The translations under genes and the position numbers were made by a program. Of a DNA stretch of 64,000 nucleotides, positions 1-9,350 are shown in pieces; the stretch's first letter is position 1, and each line of letters begins with the position of its first letter. The notes under the pieces are model-generated. The model had not been told where the DNA came from, did not search any database, and saw only the letters and a program-made list of their open reading frames with translations. This DNA comes from Candidatus Aenigmatarchaeota archaeon (GTDB taxonomy: Archaea > Aenigmatarchaeota > Aenigmatarchaeia > GW2011-AR5), in assembly GCA_016187335.1 (NCBI GenBank), contig JACPJW010000001.1:352001-416000 (forward strand), given 5' to 3'.

Positions 1-1273
1 CTCCTGTTTCTTTAAGCATGAGATTTAATTGCGCCGCCAGTTTTTTGCTGACCGTATTCATGCGGTGTGTTCCTGTGTTGCCGTCGCCGCTGTAATACCC
101 GAGCATGAAAGCTGCCCGAATTCTGCTATTCGAGTTGAGTATAAAGTCCGGCACCTGTTTCGTATAAGAACCTGAACCGCATACGTGCCTGAAAAACAAA
201 TAAGCCAGCCTTGTGCCGATAGTGACATCCTTGTTGAATAAGCGTGCGTCATAGCCGAAACATTTTTTAATCAGGTGTTGAATGTGTGATGTATTCTGCC
301 TGCTTTTATTGGCTATAGTCGTCCTGAACGAGTTGTTTCTCTTATATGTGCTTCCTTCTGCGACAAACCATCCAAGCAGTTCGGCGAGGTCTTCTGTCAC
401 TTGTATGTTAACAGGAATTTTTCTCCGTCCTTGGCGAGGCCCTCCTACTGCAATAAACGACTTCTCCGCTACGAATCTTGGCAGCCGGTGCACGGCTGTA
501 ATGGGGATTGTGTAGTAATTCGGCTCCTCCTGTGCGGCTATGAAATCTTCATAAAAGCCTGCGAGTATTCTCCCGTCCTCGGTTGGCTCATAAACCGGCA
601 CAAGCCCGCAGTTGCCAACTGTCGTCAGGCCTGTCCTGTTGATAAGGATGCCCTCTGAACTTCTTAGTATGCGCCTCTCGACTGTTTTCTGCAGCGTTGC
701 GGAATCAGCAGACTCGCTTAGCGCGGAAAGCATTTTCACCCTGTTTTCAATCCATTTTTTCTTGTTAAGTTGTAAATTCTTGGGAATGTACAGGTAAATA
801 TCTGCTGTCTCTTCTGCAGGCAGTGACTTCAAAAATTCCAGCCAGTTGAATGCTGCTTCTTTTTCCGGCAGCCTTATGCTCTTGACTTGGGCAATGATAT
901 CTTTTTCGGAGACGTCCTTGCCCCCTTTCTGGATAAGCCGCTTGAACATGCTTTCTCTCTGGCGGTTGGAGCTTTTCCCTTCCATGACCATGATGCTGTG
1001 ATCATCCGTTATCATTACCTCGCCCATTGGGGTCCTGATTTTTGTTAAATCTCCCTTGCTTTTGTGCCGTGATATTGCATATATCGGCTTGAAGCACGAC
1101 TTATTTCCGTCAACACTTAATGTTTTCCATCCCTCCAGCTCTATAACTTCCGTATTGCCAAGGTCTATAACAGCATGATTTTCTGAAAGCTCGTTGAAAA
1201 GTTCTTCTACTTCGCATACGCGCAGATTGCCTGATGGCTCCTTCACAACTATGTCGGTGCCTGCATGAACGCT
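1..1273 (-). mobile_element. Intein with LAGLIDADG homing endonuclease in PolB motif B (partial, >424 aa)
   Basis: After KDMSN: block A SVHAGTDIVVK, block B EVMITDDHSIMV, LAGLIDADG-like LAELLGWFVAEGS and FMLGYYSGDG; C-terminal splice junction lies outside the window. Confidence 0.92.
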
Positions 1274-2899
1274 GTTCGACATGTCCTTTATCGCGAGCTG
1301 CTTGGCGTTAAGAATTCTTTTCTCTTCCCCTTTCGCCTGTTTCATTTTCCTCTTCGTCGCCGCCCTTGTTTCCATGAGTTTCGTCAGCAGCATCGGCATT
1401 ATTCCCTCCCTTGCAGCATGATATACGAACTCCGCGCCGTTCGGGGCCCTTATCGTTTTCATTCCTTCTGTTTTTTTCATGAGCAATGTATCCGGCGATA
1501 CGTTGAACGTTCTCATTACGGAAGGATAAAGCGACTTGAAGTCCAGCACGAGCACGCATCCTTCCGAGTGCAGTCCTCTTCCCGGCTCAAGGACGGTGGC
1601 TCCTTTTATTCCTTCCTTGTCGCGGCTTTTCCCCCTCTTGTTGAGCTCTTTCTGTGACGGCTTGGGCGGCATGACGTAGTTGCGCTCCCTCATTTCATGC
1701 ATGATCATCGTCTCTACCCGCATTGACTGCCCGCCGAAGCAGTCCTGCAAAAGCAAGCCGGAAATTTTAGCCAGCTCGACAAACTTGTCGAGCATCCCTT
1801 TTTCTAGAACCAGCCGGAGCGACAGCAGCGCGTCCTTTTTGGAATATTCAATGAACCTGCTCAGCTGCTCCCTGTTTCCGTTCCAGAGTTCCGGCATTTC
1901 GCCGTATTTCACGTCAAGTTTTTCCTCGTTCAGAAGCGCCTTGGCTATCGTATCCAGGTTGTATCTGTGGAATTTCACCCACGGGTCCCTGCGGAGTATC
2001 TGGTAAGGGTCGAGGACAATCCTGCCCGGAACGTGGGTTTCCTGTGACATCCCCACTTGCCTTGAGAAGGCTTGCTTGTCTTTGACCCTGCCTATCGTCG
2101 CGCTCAGCCCGAGTTTTTTCATCCTGTCAAGAAGGTACGGTATGTCAAAGGAATTGATGTTGTATCCTGTTATCACGTCAGGGTCGAACTCGTCTATTAT
2201 TTTCATGAACCCCTCTATCATTTCATTCTCATTTACAAACCCCGCGGCGCCTTCTTCGGTGACCGGCTTCGCGACAAGGACGAGGGTTTTCCTGCCTTTG
2301 TATTCCGGTTCAAAGGCGAGCGATATCATTACTATGGGATCCTTCTTCGCGTCCAGGGGCTTTGTCGTGTCCGTAGGCACGCATTCAATGTCAAATGCCA
2401 TGAAGCGCAGTTTTGCGTTTTCGTCTTTCTGGAATTCCTTTACGCTGTCCGCGAAATATGTCAGTGTTTTTACGGTTCCTGAAGCCGTCTTTTCCCCGTC
2501 AGCCTCGACCCATGACATTCCGTGGATTTTCTTGTCAATAAGAAACCTGTATTTGAACATTATGTCTGCTTCGTAGCATTCTTCTGCTATGCCGTCCGCG
2601 ACAAGCCTTTCCCGGAGCATCGGAACGTCCTGGGGGTTGTACGCGATTATTTTCAGCAGCTTTGTCGCGGCCTCGCTGTAGCCGAGGGGGATGGATTTCT
2701 CTGTCCACTCGACCTGCTTTATCTCTTTTATGTCTTTTATTTTATGCAGCTGCTCCTCGTTTACCTTTATGTAGAAATAGGGGCTGTGCCTGTCGTAAAG
2801 GGCGCATACTGAATTGCCTTTGTCCGTCCTCCCGAACATCCTTACTATCGGCCTGTTCCCGGAGAATATGTAGTCTACGTCTAGCAGCTGGAAAAGCAT
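1..2899 (-). CDS. polB: Family B DNA polymerase (PolB3-like), intein-containing; 3' end runs off the window
   Basis: Manual translation from ATG 2899 (GGTGGGG RBS): MLFQLLDVDY..PYFY, ExoI FMAFDIEC, motif A VLDFKSLYPSVM, motif B QLAIKDMSN. The intein part (1273 to 1) was translated in full without a stop; the extein was checked only at motifs. Not in the ORF track, presumably because it has no stop in the window. Confidence 0.95.
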   Translation of the reverse strand, partial: MLFQLLDVDYIFSGNRPIVRMFGRTDKGNSVCALYDRHSPYFYIKVNEEQLHKIKDIKEIKQVEWTEKSIPLGYSEAATKLLKIIAYNPQDVPMLRERLVADGIAEECYEADIMFKYRFLIDKKIHGMSWVEADGEKTASGTVKTLTYFADSVKEFQKDENAKLRFMAFDIECVPTDTTKPLDAKKDPIVMISLAFEPEYKGRKTLVLVAKPVTEEGAAGFVNENEMIEGFMKIIDEFDPDVITGYNINSFDIPYLLDRMKKLGLSATIGRVKDKQAFSRQVGMSQETHVPGRIVLDPYQILRRDPWVKFHRYNLDTIAKALLNEEKLDVKYGEMPELWNGNREQLSRFIEYSKKDALLSLRLVLEKGMLDKFVELAKISGLLLQDCFGGQSMRVETMIMHEMRERNYVMPPKPSQKELNKRGKSRDKEGIKGATVLEPGRGLHSEGCVLVLDFKSLYPSVMRTFNVSPDTLLMKKTEGMKTIRAPNGAEFVYHAAREGIMPMLLTKLMETRAATKRKMKQAKGEEKRILNAKQLAIKDMSNSVHAGTDIVVKEPSGNLRVCEVEELFNELSENHAVIDLGNTEVIELEGWKTLSVDGNKSCFKPIYAISRHKSKGDLTKIRTPMGEVMITDDHSIMVMEGKSSNRQRESMFKRLIQKGGKDVSEKDIIAQVKSIRLPEKEAAFNWLEFLKSLPAEETADIYLYIPKNLQLNKKKWIENRVKMLSALSESADSATLQKTVERRILRSSEGILINRTGLTTVGNCGLVPVYEPTEDGRILAGFYEDFIAAQEEPNYYTIPITAVHRLPRFVAEKSFIAVGGPRQGRRKIPVNIQVTEDLAELLGWFVAEGSTYKRNNSFRTTIANKSRQNTSHIQHLIKKCFGYDARLFNKDVTIGTRLAYLFFRHVCGSGSYTKQVPDFILNSNSRIRAAFMLGYYSGDGNTGTHRMNTVSKKLAAQLNLMLKETG

Positions 2900-3013
2900 G
2901 AACCCCACCCATGAAAAATACAAAGTCTTCTTTCCTGGCCTTATTTTTTTCAGCTAAAGTATTAGTTGCAGGATATTTATTTGTTGTTGAACATAAAATA
3001 GTTGCTTCTCGCC

Positions 3014-4102
3014 TTATCCGATGGTTGCCTGCTGGAATTCCCTTGTTGAAAAGTCAACGACCACGGGCAGGAACCTCGTCAGCAGGGACCCGGAACTGAG
3101 TATTGTAACCGACTTGTAATTGCTGACGTGCGGCTCGTGTGTGTGGCCGTAATGGACTATGTCAGGGATTTCTTCAAGAACAAGGCTGTCTTCCTTCATC
3201 GATATTTTCGGCTTTCCCAGATGCCTTTTTTTCAGCATCGACAGGCTGTACTTGTGCAAAAGGAGTATTTTTATGCCGTTTATCTCTATCATCGCCGGGT
3301 TCGACAGCGATATTATGTTCCTGTTTCTGTACTTTACCGGCGCCGCAGGGTAATTCTTCGACTCCATCTCGCCGGGTATTGCGATGACCGTCTTGTTGTA
3401 GCAGTGAGTTTCCACGGCTTTCTCAAAGGCCTCTTTGTCGCCTATGTCTCCTGCAACAAACAGGTATTCTATGCCCTGCTGCCCGAACCATTTCATGAAT
3501 TTTTCAAAGTCCGACAGCGGCGCCTCTTCCAGGTGAAGGTCGCTGACGAAGCACGCCCTTCCGCTGCCTTTCGCCGGCTGCCTGAGCGGCATGTCCGGGT
3601 AGAATACCTGCTTCCCGTAAATTACCTTTCCTGCCGATATGCCCTTGATTGCCACGACATCGTCCTGCTCCAGGTCGCCGACATCCTCGAAAATAACCGG
3701 CATTGTGGACGTCATGTCCTCCAGCTCCACGAGGAATTTTTCTTCCTCCTGCCTGATTTCCTTGACTATGCCTATTACAAAAACTTCCTTCCTGCTGTTG
3801 TCCACCTTGTTCAGGGACGTGAAGTCCCTGCCTATTCTGCTCAGGATTATTTCCTGCATTTTCCTGTACTTGTCCCTGTAAAAGGCGATAAAATCCTCCG
3901 TGGTTATCTCCTTGGGCAGCGAAGTTATGTTTTTGATTACCCTGAGAGCCGGCTGGACAAACTCCTTTTCTGTTATTATGATCCCCGGATAATTTTTCTC
4001 CAGGAACTCCGCTATGTCCTTGTCTTCAAGGAACTGCAGGGCCGTCGGGCTGAGCAGCTTGCCTTTTTTAAGAAATTCGTGGATTATTTTTTCCTTCGAC
4101 AT
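3014..4102 (-). CDS. dp1: DNA polymerase D small subunit (DP1), short and with degenerate exonuclease motifs
   Basis: OB-like region (ELEDMTS, DDVVAIKG) plus calcineurin-like phosphoesterase motifs SDLH, AGD, HYGHTH; next to cdc6 and polB. Start placed at MSKEK. Confidence 0.85.
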   Translation of the reverse strand: MSKEKIIHEFLKKGKLLSPTALQFLEDKDIAEFLEKNYPGIIITEKEFVQPALRVIKNITSLPKEITTEDFIAFYRDKYRKMQEIILSRIGRDFTSLNKVDNSRKEVFVIGIVKEIRQEEEKFLVELEDMTSTMPVIFEDVGDLEQDDVVAIKGISAGKVIYGKQVFYPDMPLRQPAKGSGRACFVSDLHLEEAPLSDFEKFMKWFGQQGIEYLFVAGDIGDKEAFEKAVETHCYNKTVIAIPGEMESKNYPAAPVKYRNRNIISLSNPAMIEINGIKILLLHKYSLSMLKKRHLGKPKISMKEDSLVLEEIPDIVHYGHTHEPHVSNYKSVTILSSGSLLTRFLPVVVDFSTREFQQATIG

Positions 4103-4173
4103 ATATAGCACGCCTGCAAGCAATTGTTTGTTATGTATGCAGAACCTTTCGTTTTTCCGGGCTGTACGCTGTT

Positions 4174-5397
4174 TTAGTTTCCGAGTCTTTCAACAAGCAT
4201 ACTGTTAACCCTTTGGAGTATTGTGTCGTTTATGGCAAGGACTACTTCCCTTGTGCGGCCGTACCTGCCTTTCGAGATTACCTTCGCTGTTATCACGCCC
4301 AGCATGTCCAGTTCCCCGATGAGGTCGCTTACCCTGCGCTGCGTCAGCGTTTTCAGGTTGTTCCTGGCGCATACTTCCTTGTACATTTCGTATATGTCGC
4401 CTGTGAGCATCCTGGTGTCAGCCCACTTTTTCTGGCTGCCGTATTTCTCCTGCAGCTTTATTATTGAATACATCACCGCCTGCGACTGCTTTGGCTGTAG
4501 TTTAATTGTTTCTGTGACGCGGTCCATGTCTATTTTTTCTTCGGCGAGCTCTACGTGCTTGTAGGTTATCTGGCTGTCGCCCAGTCTTTCCGCAACCTCG
4601 CCGGCAACGCGCAGGAGGTCAATGGCCCTTCGTGCGTCTCCGTGCTCCTGGGCGGCCATGGCAGCGCACATGCTTATTATTTCCTCGCTTATTGTGTCCT
4701 CAATAACACCTTCGGAAACGCGCTGCGCCAGGATGTCCTTGAGCTGCAGGGCGTCGTATGGCTTGAATATAATCTCTTCGTCGCTCAGGGATGACTTGAT
4801 CCGTGCGTCAAGATTGTCCCTGAAAGAAAGGTCGTTAGTTATGCCCACAAGCGTTATCGTCGCGTTTTTCATCTCCCCGTTGACGCGCGTCAGGTTGTAT
4901 AGAAAATCGTCGCCTATTTTCTTGTAAAGGCTGTCTATCTCGTCAAGGACGAGGATGATTGTCTGCTTTTTTTCGTCAATTTTCTCGAAGAATCTGCGGT
5001 AAAGCAGGTGTGTCGGAAGGCCTGTTTCCGGAACGAATTCGCCTATTTCCTTGAGCAGCTGCGCCAGAAGGCGGTATTCCGTGTCGGATACTTTCTTCAT
5101 CTTGCAGTTGATATATACGGTCCTGATCCCCCTGCCTTTGCTTATTTCCTCCAGTTGCGACAGCACATACCTTATGGATATCGTCTTCCCGGTGCCGACA
5201 GTGCCGTAGATAAAAAGATTGCTGGGCTGGTATCCGCGAAGCGCCGGGGCAAGGATGTTTGATATTGACTTTATTTCCTCCTCTCTGTGGGGGATTTTGC
5301 TTGGCATAAAAGAAGACGTCAGTGCCTTTTTGTTTTTGAAAATGCTTTCCTTTTCGACAAAACGCAAGAATATGTTGTCTTTCTTAGTGACCTGCAC
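4174..5397 (-). CDS. cdc6: Orc1/Cdc6 replication initiator
   Basis: IYGTVGTGKT Walker A, VLDEID Walker B, HGDARRAIDLL, C-terminal wH with GRYGRT. Confidence 0.97.
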   Translation of the reverse strand: MQVTKKDNIFLRFVEKESIFKNKKALTSSFMPSKIPHREEEIKSISNILAPALRGYQPSNLFIYGTVGTGKTISIRYVLSQLEEISKGRGIRTVYINCKMKKVSDTEYRLLAQLLKEIGEFVPETGLPTHLLYRRFFEKIDEKKQTIILVLDEIDSLYKKIGDDFLYNLTRVNGEMKNATITLVGITNDLSFRDNLDARIKSSLSDEEIIFKPYDALQLKDILAQRVSEGVIEDTISEEIISMCAAMAAQEHGDARRAIDLLRVAGEVAERLGDSQITYKHVELAEEKIDMDRVTETIKLQPKQSQAVMYSIIKLQEKYGSQKKWADTRMLTGDIYEMYKEVCARNNLKTLTQRRVSDLIGELDMLGVITAKVISKGRYGRTREVVLAINDTILQRVNSMLVERLGN

Positions 5398-5399
5398 TT

Positions 5400-6020
5400 A
5401 CACCACACCCCTTAAACCCAAATCAGAAACAAACCACAGTAAATTCGCGGTTTGTTTCACATCCATTTCATATGGAAGTTCTTTTATTATTAACATCGTC
5501 GTTTATAAGTATTGTTGCAGAAGAAATATAGGTTTGACAAAATATATTTTCTAAAAATCTATACATACCCCTTCATTTCTCATGGAAACCCCCATATAAA
5601 ATATATTGATAACATCGTTATAAGAAAGAAAGGTATGTGTCATTTCCAATTTTTTCCTAAATTTTAGTATTTCCACACGAAACGCCTCCATGAGAAACTA
5701 TGGAGTAGGTAACCTCACCTTCTTTTGGAAGTTTCACAAACAAATTATAACACAGTTATACGAGTGGAAATGTAGTTTAACTAACACGATTTTAACAACA
5801 CAGTAAGGGACGACACCAGAAGAAATAAAGTCTTTATGCACTTCATATTTTTTGGGGTTTTAGGTATTTTTTGAACATCGTTTGAAATATAATTTTATTA
5901 CTTAAAAATAAGTAAATTTCAAAATTTCTATGCTTTAGTAGGATAATTATATTTTGCATGGTTTTTATGTCAACTGCTTCAAGTAGAGTTTCAAGCGGAA
6001 CTTCTATTATTTTGCACAAT
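5400..6020. other. Putative replication origin (oriC) with ORB/mini-ORB boxes and AT-rich tracts
   Basis: 620-bp non-coding region upstream of cdc6. ORB with G-string GTTTCCATGAGAAATGAAGGGGT (minus, about 5567-5590), opposite-strand CTCCATGAGAAAC (5686-5698), TTTCCACACGAAAC (5670), CTTCCATATGAAATG (minus, about 5464-5478), GTTCCGCTTGAAAC (minus, 5988-6001). Confidence 0.85.
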
Positions 6021-6025
6021 GTTAA

Positions 6026-6418
6026 TTATTCAGCCAGCTCAAACTTCACGCCGTAGAGAATCAGACCGCTTTCGTCTTCTTCCGTGTGCTTCCTGAAAAC
6101 CGCCCTGACGCGTTTCCCTATCTCCAGCCCTTCGTCATCAACGATTTCAGCAGCTATCATGGGGCCCTCGTCTAACCTTATCAAGGCTACATTGTAAGGC
6201 CCGTTAAAACCGGCAGGGCCGACATGAATTCTGGTATAACTCTCTATTTTACCGGAGCCGCTGAACTGCACAGGAGCAAGGCTTGCTGAGCTGCACCCAG
6301 GGCATACGCTGCGCCCCGGGAACTGGTTTTCGCCGCAGCCGTTGCACTTTGTGCCTATTAACGAGTACTTGCCTTTCCTGATTCTCCAGTGCATCGGTAC
6401 GGATGAACGGTGCGGCAT
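6026..6418 (-). CDS. DUF35 Zn-ribbon/OB-fold scaffold of the thiolase-HMG-CoA synthase complex
   Basis: GTKCNGCG..FPGRSVCPGC, GSGKIESYT, ALIRLDEG; downstream of thiolase. Confidence 0.92.
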   Translation of the reverse strand: MPHRSSVPMHWRIRKGKYSLIGTKCNGCGENQFPGRSVCPGCSSASLAPVQFSGSGKIESYTRIHVGPAGFNGPYNVALIRLDEGPMIAAEIVDDEGLEIGKRVRAVFRKHTEEDESGLILYGVKFELAE

Positions 6419-6431
6419 ATTAATTAATCAC

Positions 6432-6704
6432 CTATAACTCCATGTGGACAAGCCCGTCAGCAGAGAGGGACATAGGAATACGATAAGTAGCCGGATGTCT
6501 AATCCCCATAGTTTCACACATTCTGTATATTTTACTCAAATCTTTGCTGATTGCAACGTACATTCTACTACCATTTGCTTTGATCCCTACCCAATATCCA
6601 GGAAAAGCATCTCTAAGGAAAGCATCATGAAAACTAAGCCAAGTAAATTCTTTCCCATCTTCGCTGGCAGATACCGGCCTTTCGGGTGTTGTTATAAAAA
6701 CCAT
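6432..6704 (-). CDS. Orphan hypothetical protein (about 90 aa) inside the mevalonate operon
   Basis: ATG just after the thiolase stop with GAAAGGTG RBS; its stop overlaps the GGTGAT RBS of DUF35; AT-richer than its neighbours. Confidence 0.6.
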   Translation of the reverse strand: MVFITTPERPVSASEDGKEFTWLSFHDAFLRDAFPGYWVGIKANGSRMYVAISKDLSKIYRMCETMGIRHPATYRIPMSLSADGLVHMEL

Positions 6705-6705
6705 T

Positions 6706-7872
6706 CTATGCACCTTTCAATTCATTGCCCAAAATATTCACGACGGCCGTCGCTCCCGAGCCGCCGACGTTCAGGTTCATGCCTGTTTTTGCTCCCTTTA
6801 TCTGGTTGATGGAATCGCCGCGCAGCTGCCTTACAATATCGCATATCTGCCTCACGCCCGTGGCTCCTACCGGATGGCCTATTGACTTCAATCCGCCCGT
6901 AGTGTTTACAGGTATTTCTCCGTCCAAAGCAGCAGCGCCGCTTTCAACGAATTTTCCGCCCCTGCCAGGCTCGCAGAAGCCTAAAGCCTCCAAAGAAATT
7001 ATCTCATTTATCGAAAAGCAGTCATGTACCTCGGCGACGTCCATGTGCTTCGCCGACAGACCCGTCTTTTCATAAGCTTTCTTCGCTGCCATCTTCGCCG
7101 CCTGCATTTCCACGATGCTTTTTCGGTCATGAAGCGCAACGGCGTCGTTTGCCTGCTCGCTTGCCAGTATCCATACAGGATTTTCAAATTGCTTGGCCAG
7201 CTTATCGCTCACGAGCAGGGCAGCCGCGGCACCGTCGGTTATAGGCGAGCAGTCCAGCAGGCGAAGCGGGTCAGCCACAACCGAAGAATTCAAGACATCT
7301 TCCAGCGTCACGGCCATATTGAACTGCGCGTAAGGATTGTTTTTTCCGTTGGAGTGGTTCTGGACCGAAACCATTGCTAATTGCTCCCTTGTTGTCCCGA
7401 ATTTATGCATGTGCGCCCTTGCCATCAGCGCGTACAAGCCGGCGAAAGTCAGGCCGATTCCTGCCTCCCATTCCTGGTCGCCTGCAGCGGCCAGGGTCAT
7501 TGACACTTCATCGTTAGCGAGGTCCGTCATCTTTTCAACGCCAACAACAAGCGCGGCATCGGCATTTCCGGATTTTATATCAAGGTACGCCGAACGCAAA
7601 GCCACGCTTCCTGATGCGCACGCAGCCTCGCATCTTACGGCAGGGATATGCGGAATACCTAGGTTGTCGGCAATAAGCGCACCCAGATGCTCCTGGCCGA
7701 GAAAGCGGCCTGCGGACATGTTTCCGATGTAAAGCGACTGGACAATGCCGGCTTCGGCTTTAGCGTCGCCAAGCGCGGCAGCCGCGGCTTTAACGCCCAG
7801 GTCACGGAGCGAGTGTTCCCAGAGCTCGCCGAACTTCGTCTGCCCGACGCCCACAACAGCTACGTTGGTCAT
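6706..7872 (-). CDS. Acetoacetyl-CoA thiolase (archaeal type)
   Basis: CEAACASG, EVHDCF, GHPVGATG motifs. Confidence 0.95.
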   Translation of the reverse strand: MTNVAVVGVGQTKFGELWEHSLRDLGVKAAAAALGDAKAEAGIVQSLYIGNMSAGRFLGQEHLGALIADNLGIPHIPAVRCEAACASGSVALRSAYLDIKSGNADAALVVGVEKMTDLANDEVSMTLAAAGDQEWEAGIGLTFAGLYALMARAHMHKFGTTREQLAMVSVQNHSNGKNNPYAQFNMAVTLEDVLNSSVVADPLRLLDCSPITDGAAAALLVSDKLAKQFENPVWILASEQANDAVALHDRKSIVEMQAAKMAAKKAYEKTGLSAKHMDVAEVHDCFSINEIISLEALGFCEPGRGGKFVESGAAALDGEIPVNTTGGLKSIGHPVGATGVRQICDIVRQLRGDSINQIKGAKTGMNLNVGGSGATAVVNILGNELKGA

Positions 7873-7874
7873 GA

Positions 7875-8105
7875 TTAAGACACCATTCTTCTGAAATAAT
7901 CAAGTAAAACACGAATCCGGGTTCTCCGAGGGATTGTATATCTTACATCTATTTCATCGTTGAAAGACCCGTCAGGATTCAGATAAACGCTGTAAGTTAC
8001 GCCGAATCCACCGTAATTATAAGTCCGTTTCTCGCAGCATCTCCCAGAACTTATCACAGTTGTATCACGACTGCCTAATACACGCGCAAGTTTTTCTTTT
8101 GCCAT
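7875..8105 (-). CDS. Orphan hypothetical protein (76 aa) inside the mevalonate operon
   Basis: Fills the HMGS-thiolase gap exactly (3-nt and 2-nt spacers), GGTG RBS; AT-richer. Confidence 0.6.
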   Translation of the reverse strand: MAKEKLARVLGSRDTTVISSGRCCEKRTYNYGGFGVTYSVYLNPDGSFNDEIDVRYTIPRRTRIRVLLDYFRRMVS

Positions 8106-8108
8106 TTA

Positions 8109-9155
8109 TCACACCTTCAGCTTGCCGCGCATCTTGACGTAAGACCCGTAGTCAATGTATTTTTTCCTGTTTATGTAAAAATCGGTTTTAGGCGCGAGCT
8201 CGCGGGCTTCCAGAATTCTTTCTGTCACCAGCAGCGAAAAAGCGTCGCTTCCTGCCCCGCTGCCGAACGAAGTGAGCAGTATGCGCTGCCCCGGCTGGGC
8301 GGCGTCAAGCACGGCGCACAAGCCTAGCAGCGAAGAGCCCGAATAAGTATTGCCGATTTTTTCAACAACAAGCGATTGCAAAAGTTTTTGCTGATCAAAG
8401 CCAAGGGCTTTTGCAGCTTCCTTTGGAAATTTCCCGTTGGGCATATGAAAAACAAAATAATCAAAATCATCCTTGGTCATGTTTAGCTTTTTCAGAAGCC
8501 CCTTCGCGGCGCTTATCGTGTGATGAAAATATGCAGGCTTCCCCGTGAAGCGTGCGCCGTGCCTCGGATAATCTTCCCCTTCCCTGCGCCAGAAATCCGG
8601 AGTGTCTGTCGTGTAAGAAAACGTCCCTTCAATAACAGCCAAAGGATTTCTTCCCACAACAAAAGCTGCTCCTCCGCTTGCTGCTGTATACTCCAGGGCA
8701 TCGCCGGGTCTTCCCTGCGCCGTATCAGCGCCTATAGCAAGGCCGTATTCTATGTCACCGGCCCTGACCAGAGCTGAGCAGCATTGTACTCCGGCAGTCC
8801 CGGCCTTGCACGCGAATTCAAAATCCGCCACCATGACCTCGGGCGTGATGCCTAAAGCCTCGGAAACAACGGTTCCCGACGGCTTCACGGCGTATGGATG
8901 GCTTTCCGAGCCGATAAAAACCGCGCCTATTTTTTCCGCGGATATTCCGGCCCTCGCTATCGCATTTTTGGCGGCTTCAACGCTGATGGTGATCGTATCC
9001 TCGTCTTCGTCGGCAACAGCCTTCTCATGCACGGCAAGGCTTTTTCTTATGACATCAGGGTTCTGGTTCCACACCTTTGCAATTTCCTCCACAGTTATGC
9101 GGAAGCGCGGTATGTAAGCGCCGTAACCGACAATGCCGACGGAATTATTGTTCAT
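8109..9155 (-). CDS. mvaS: HMG-CoA synthase (archaeal)
   Basis: [44 protein letters not shown]; start placed at MNNNS. Confidence 0.96.
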   Translation of the reverse strand: MNNNSVGIVGYGAYIPRFRITVEEIAKVWNQNPDVIRKSLAVHEKAVADEDEDTITISVEAAKNAIARAGISAEKIGAVFIGSESHPYAVKPSGTVVSEALGITPEVMVADFEFACKAGTAGVQCCSALVRAGDIEYGLAIGADTAQGRPGDALEYTAASGGAAFVVGRNPLAVIEGTFSYTTDTPDFWRREGEDYPRHGARFTGKPAYFHHTISAAKGLLKKLNMTKDDFDYFVFHMPNGKFPKEAAKALGFDQQKLLQSLVVEKIGNTYSGSSLLGLCAVLDAAQPGQRILLTSFGSGAGSDAFSLLVTERILEARELAPKTDFYINRKKYIDYGSYVKMRGKLKV

Positions 9156-9178
9156 CCAAACCACGAACCTCTTTTGAT

Positions 9179-9206
9179 TTTTGATGCAACTTTTTGTAAA
9201 AGTTGC
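9179..9206 (+). repeat. REP-like palindrome, copy 1
   Basis: TTTTGATGCAACTTTTTGTAAAAGTTGC; arms GCAACTTTT/AAAAGTTGC. Confidence 0.8.
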
Positions 9207-9350
9207 TTGGAGTAGCAAAGTTTGTTCATAGGAATGTGTTCTCCTCGTTACGTATTAAAAACTGCTGCATGACAGGCCGAATGCGCGGAATATACGCTAT
9301 AAGTCACTAAATAGAAAGCATCTTTTTATCTTGGCAGTGGAATTATAATC

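Noticed and set aside
58-2901. Plus-strand ORFs in the track (for example 1265-1657, 2072-2482)
   Set aside because: They are antisense shadows of polB. The same applies to most ORFs overlapping recognisable genes throughout the window.
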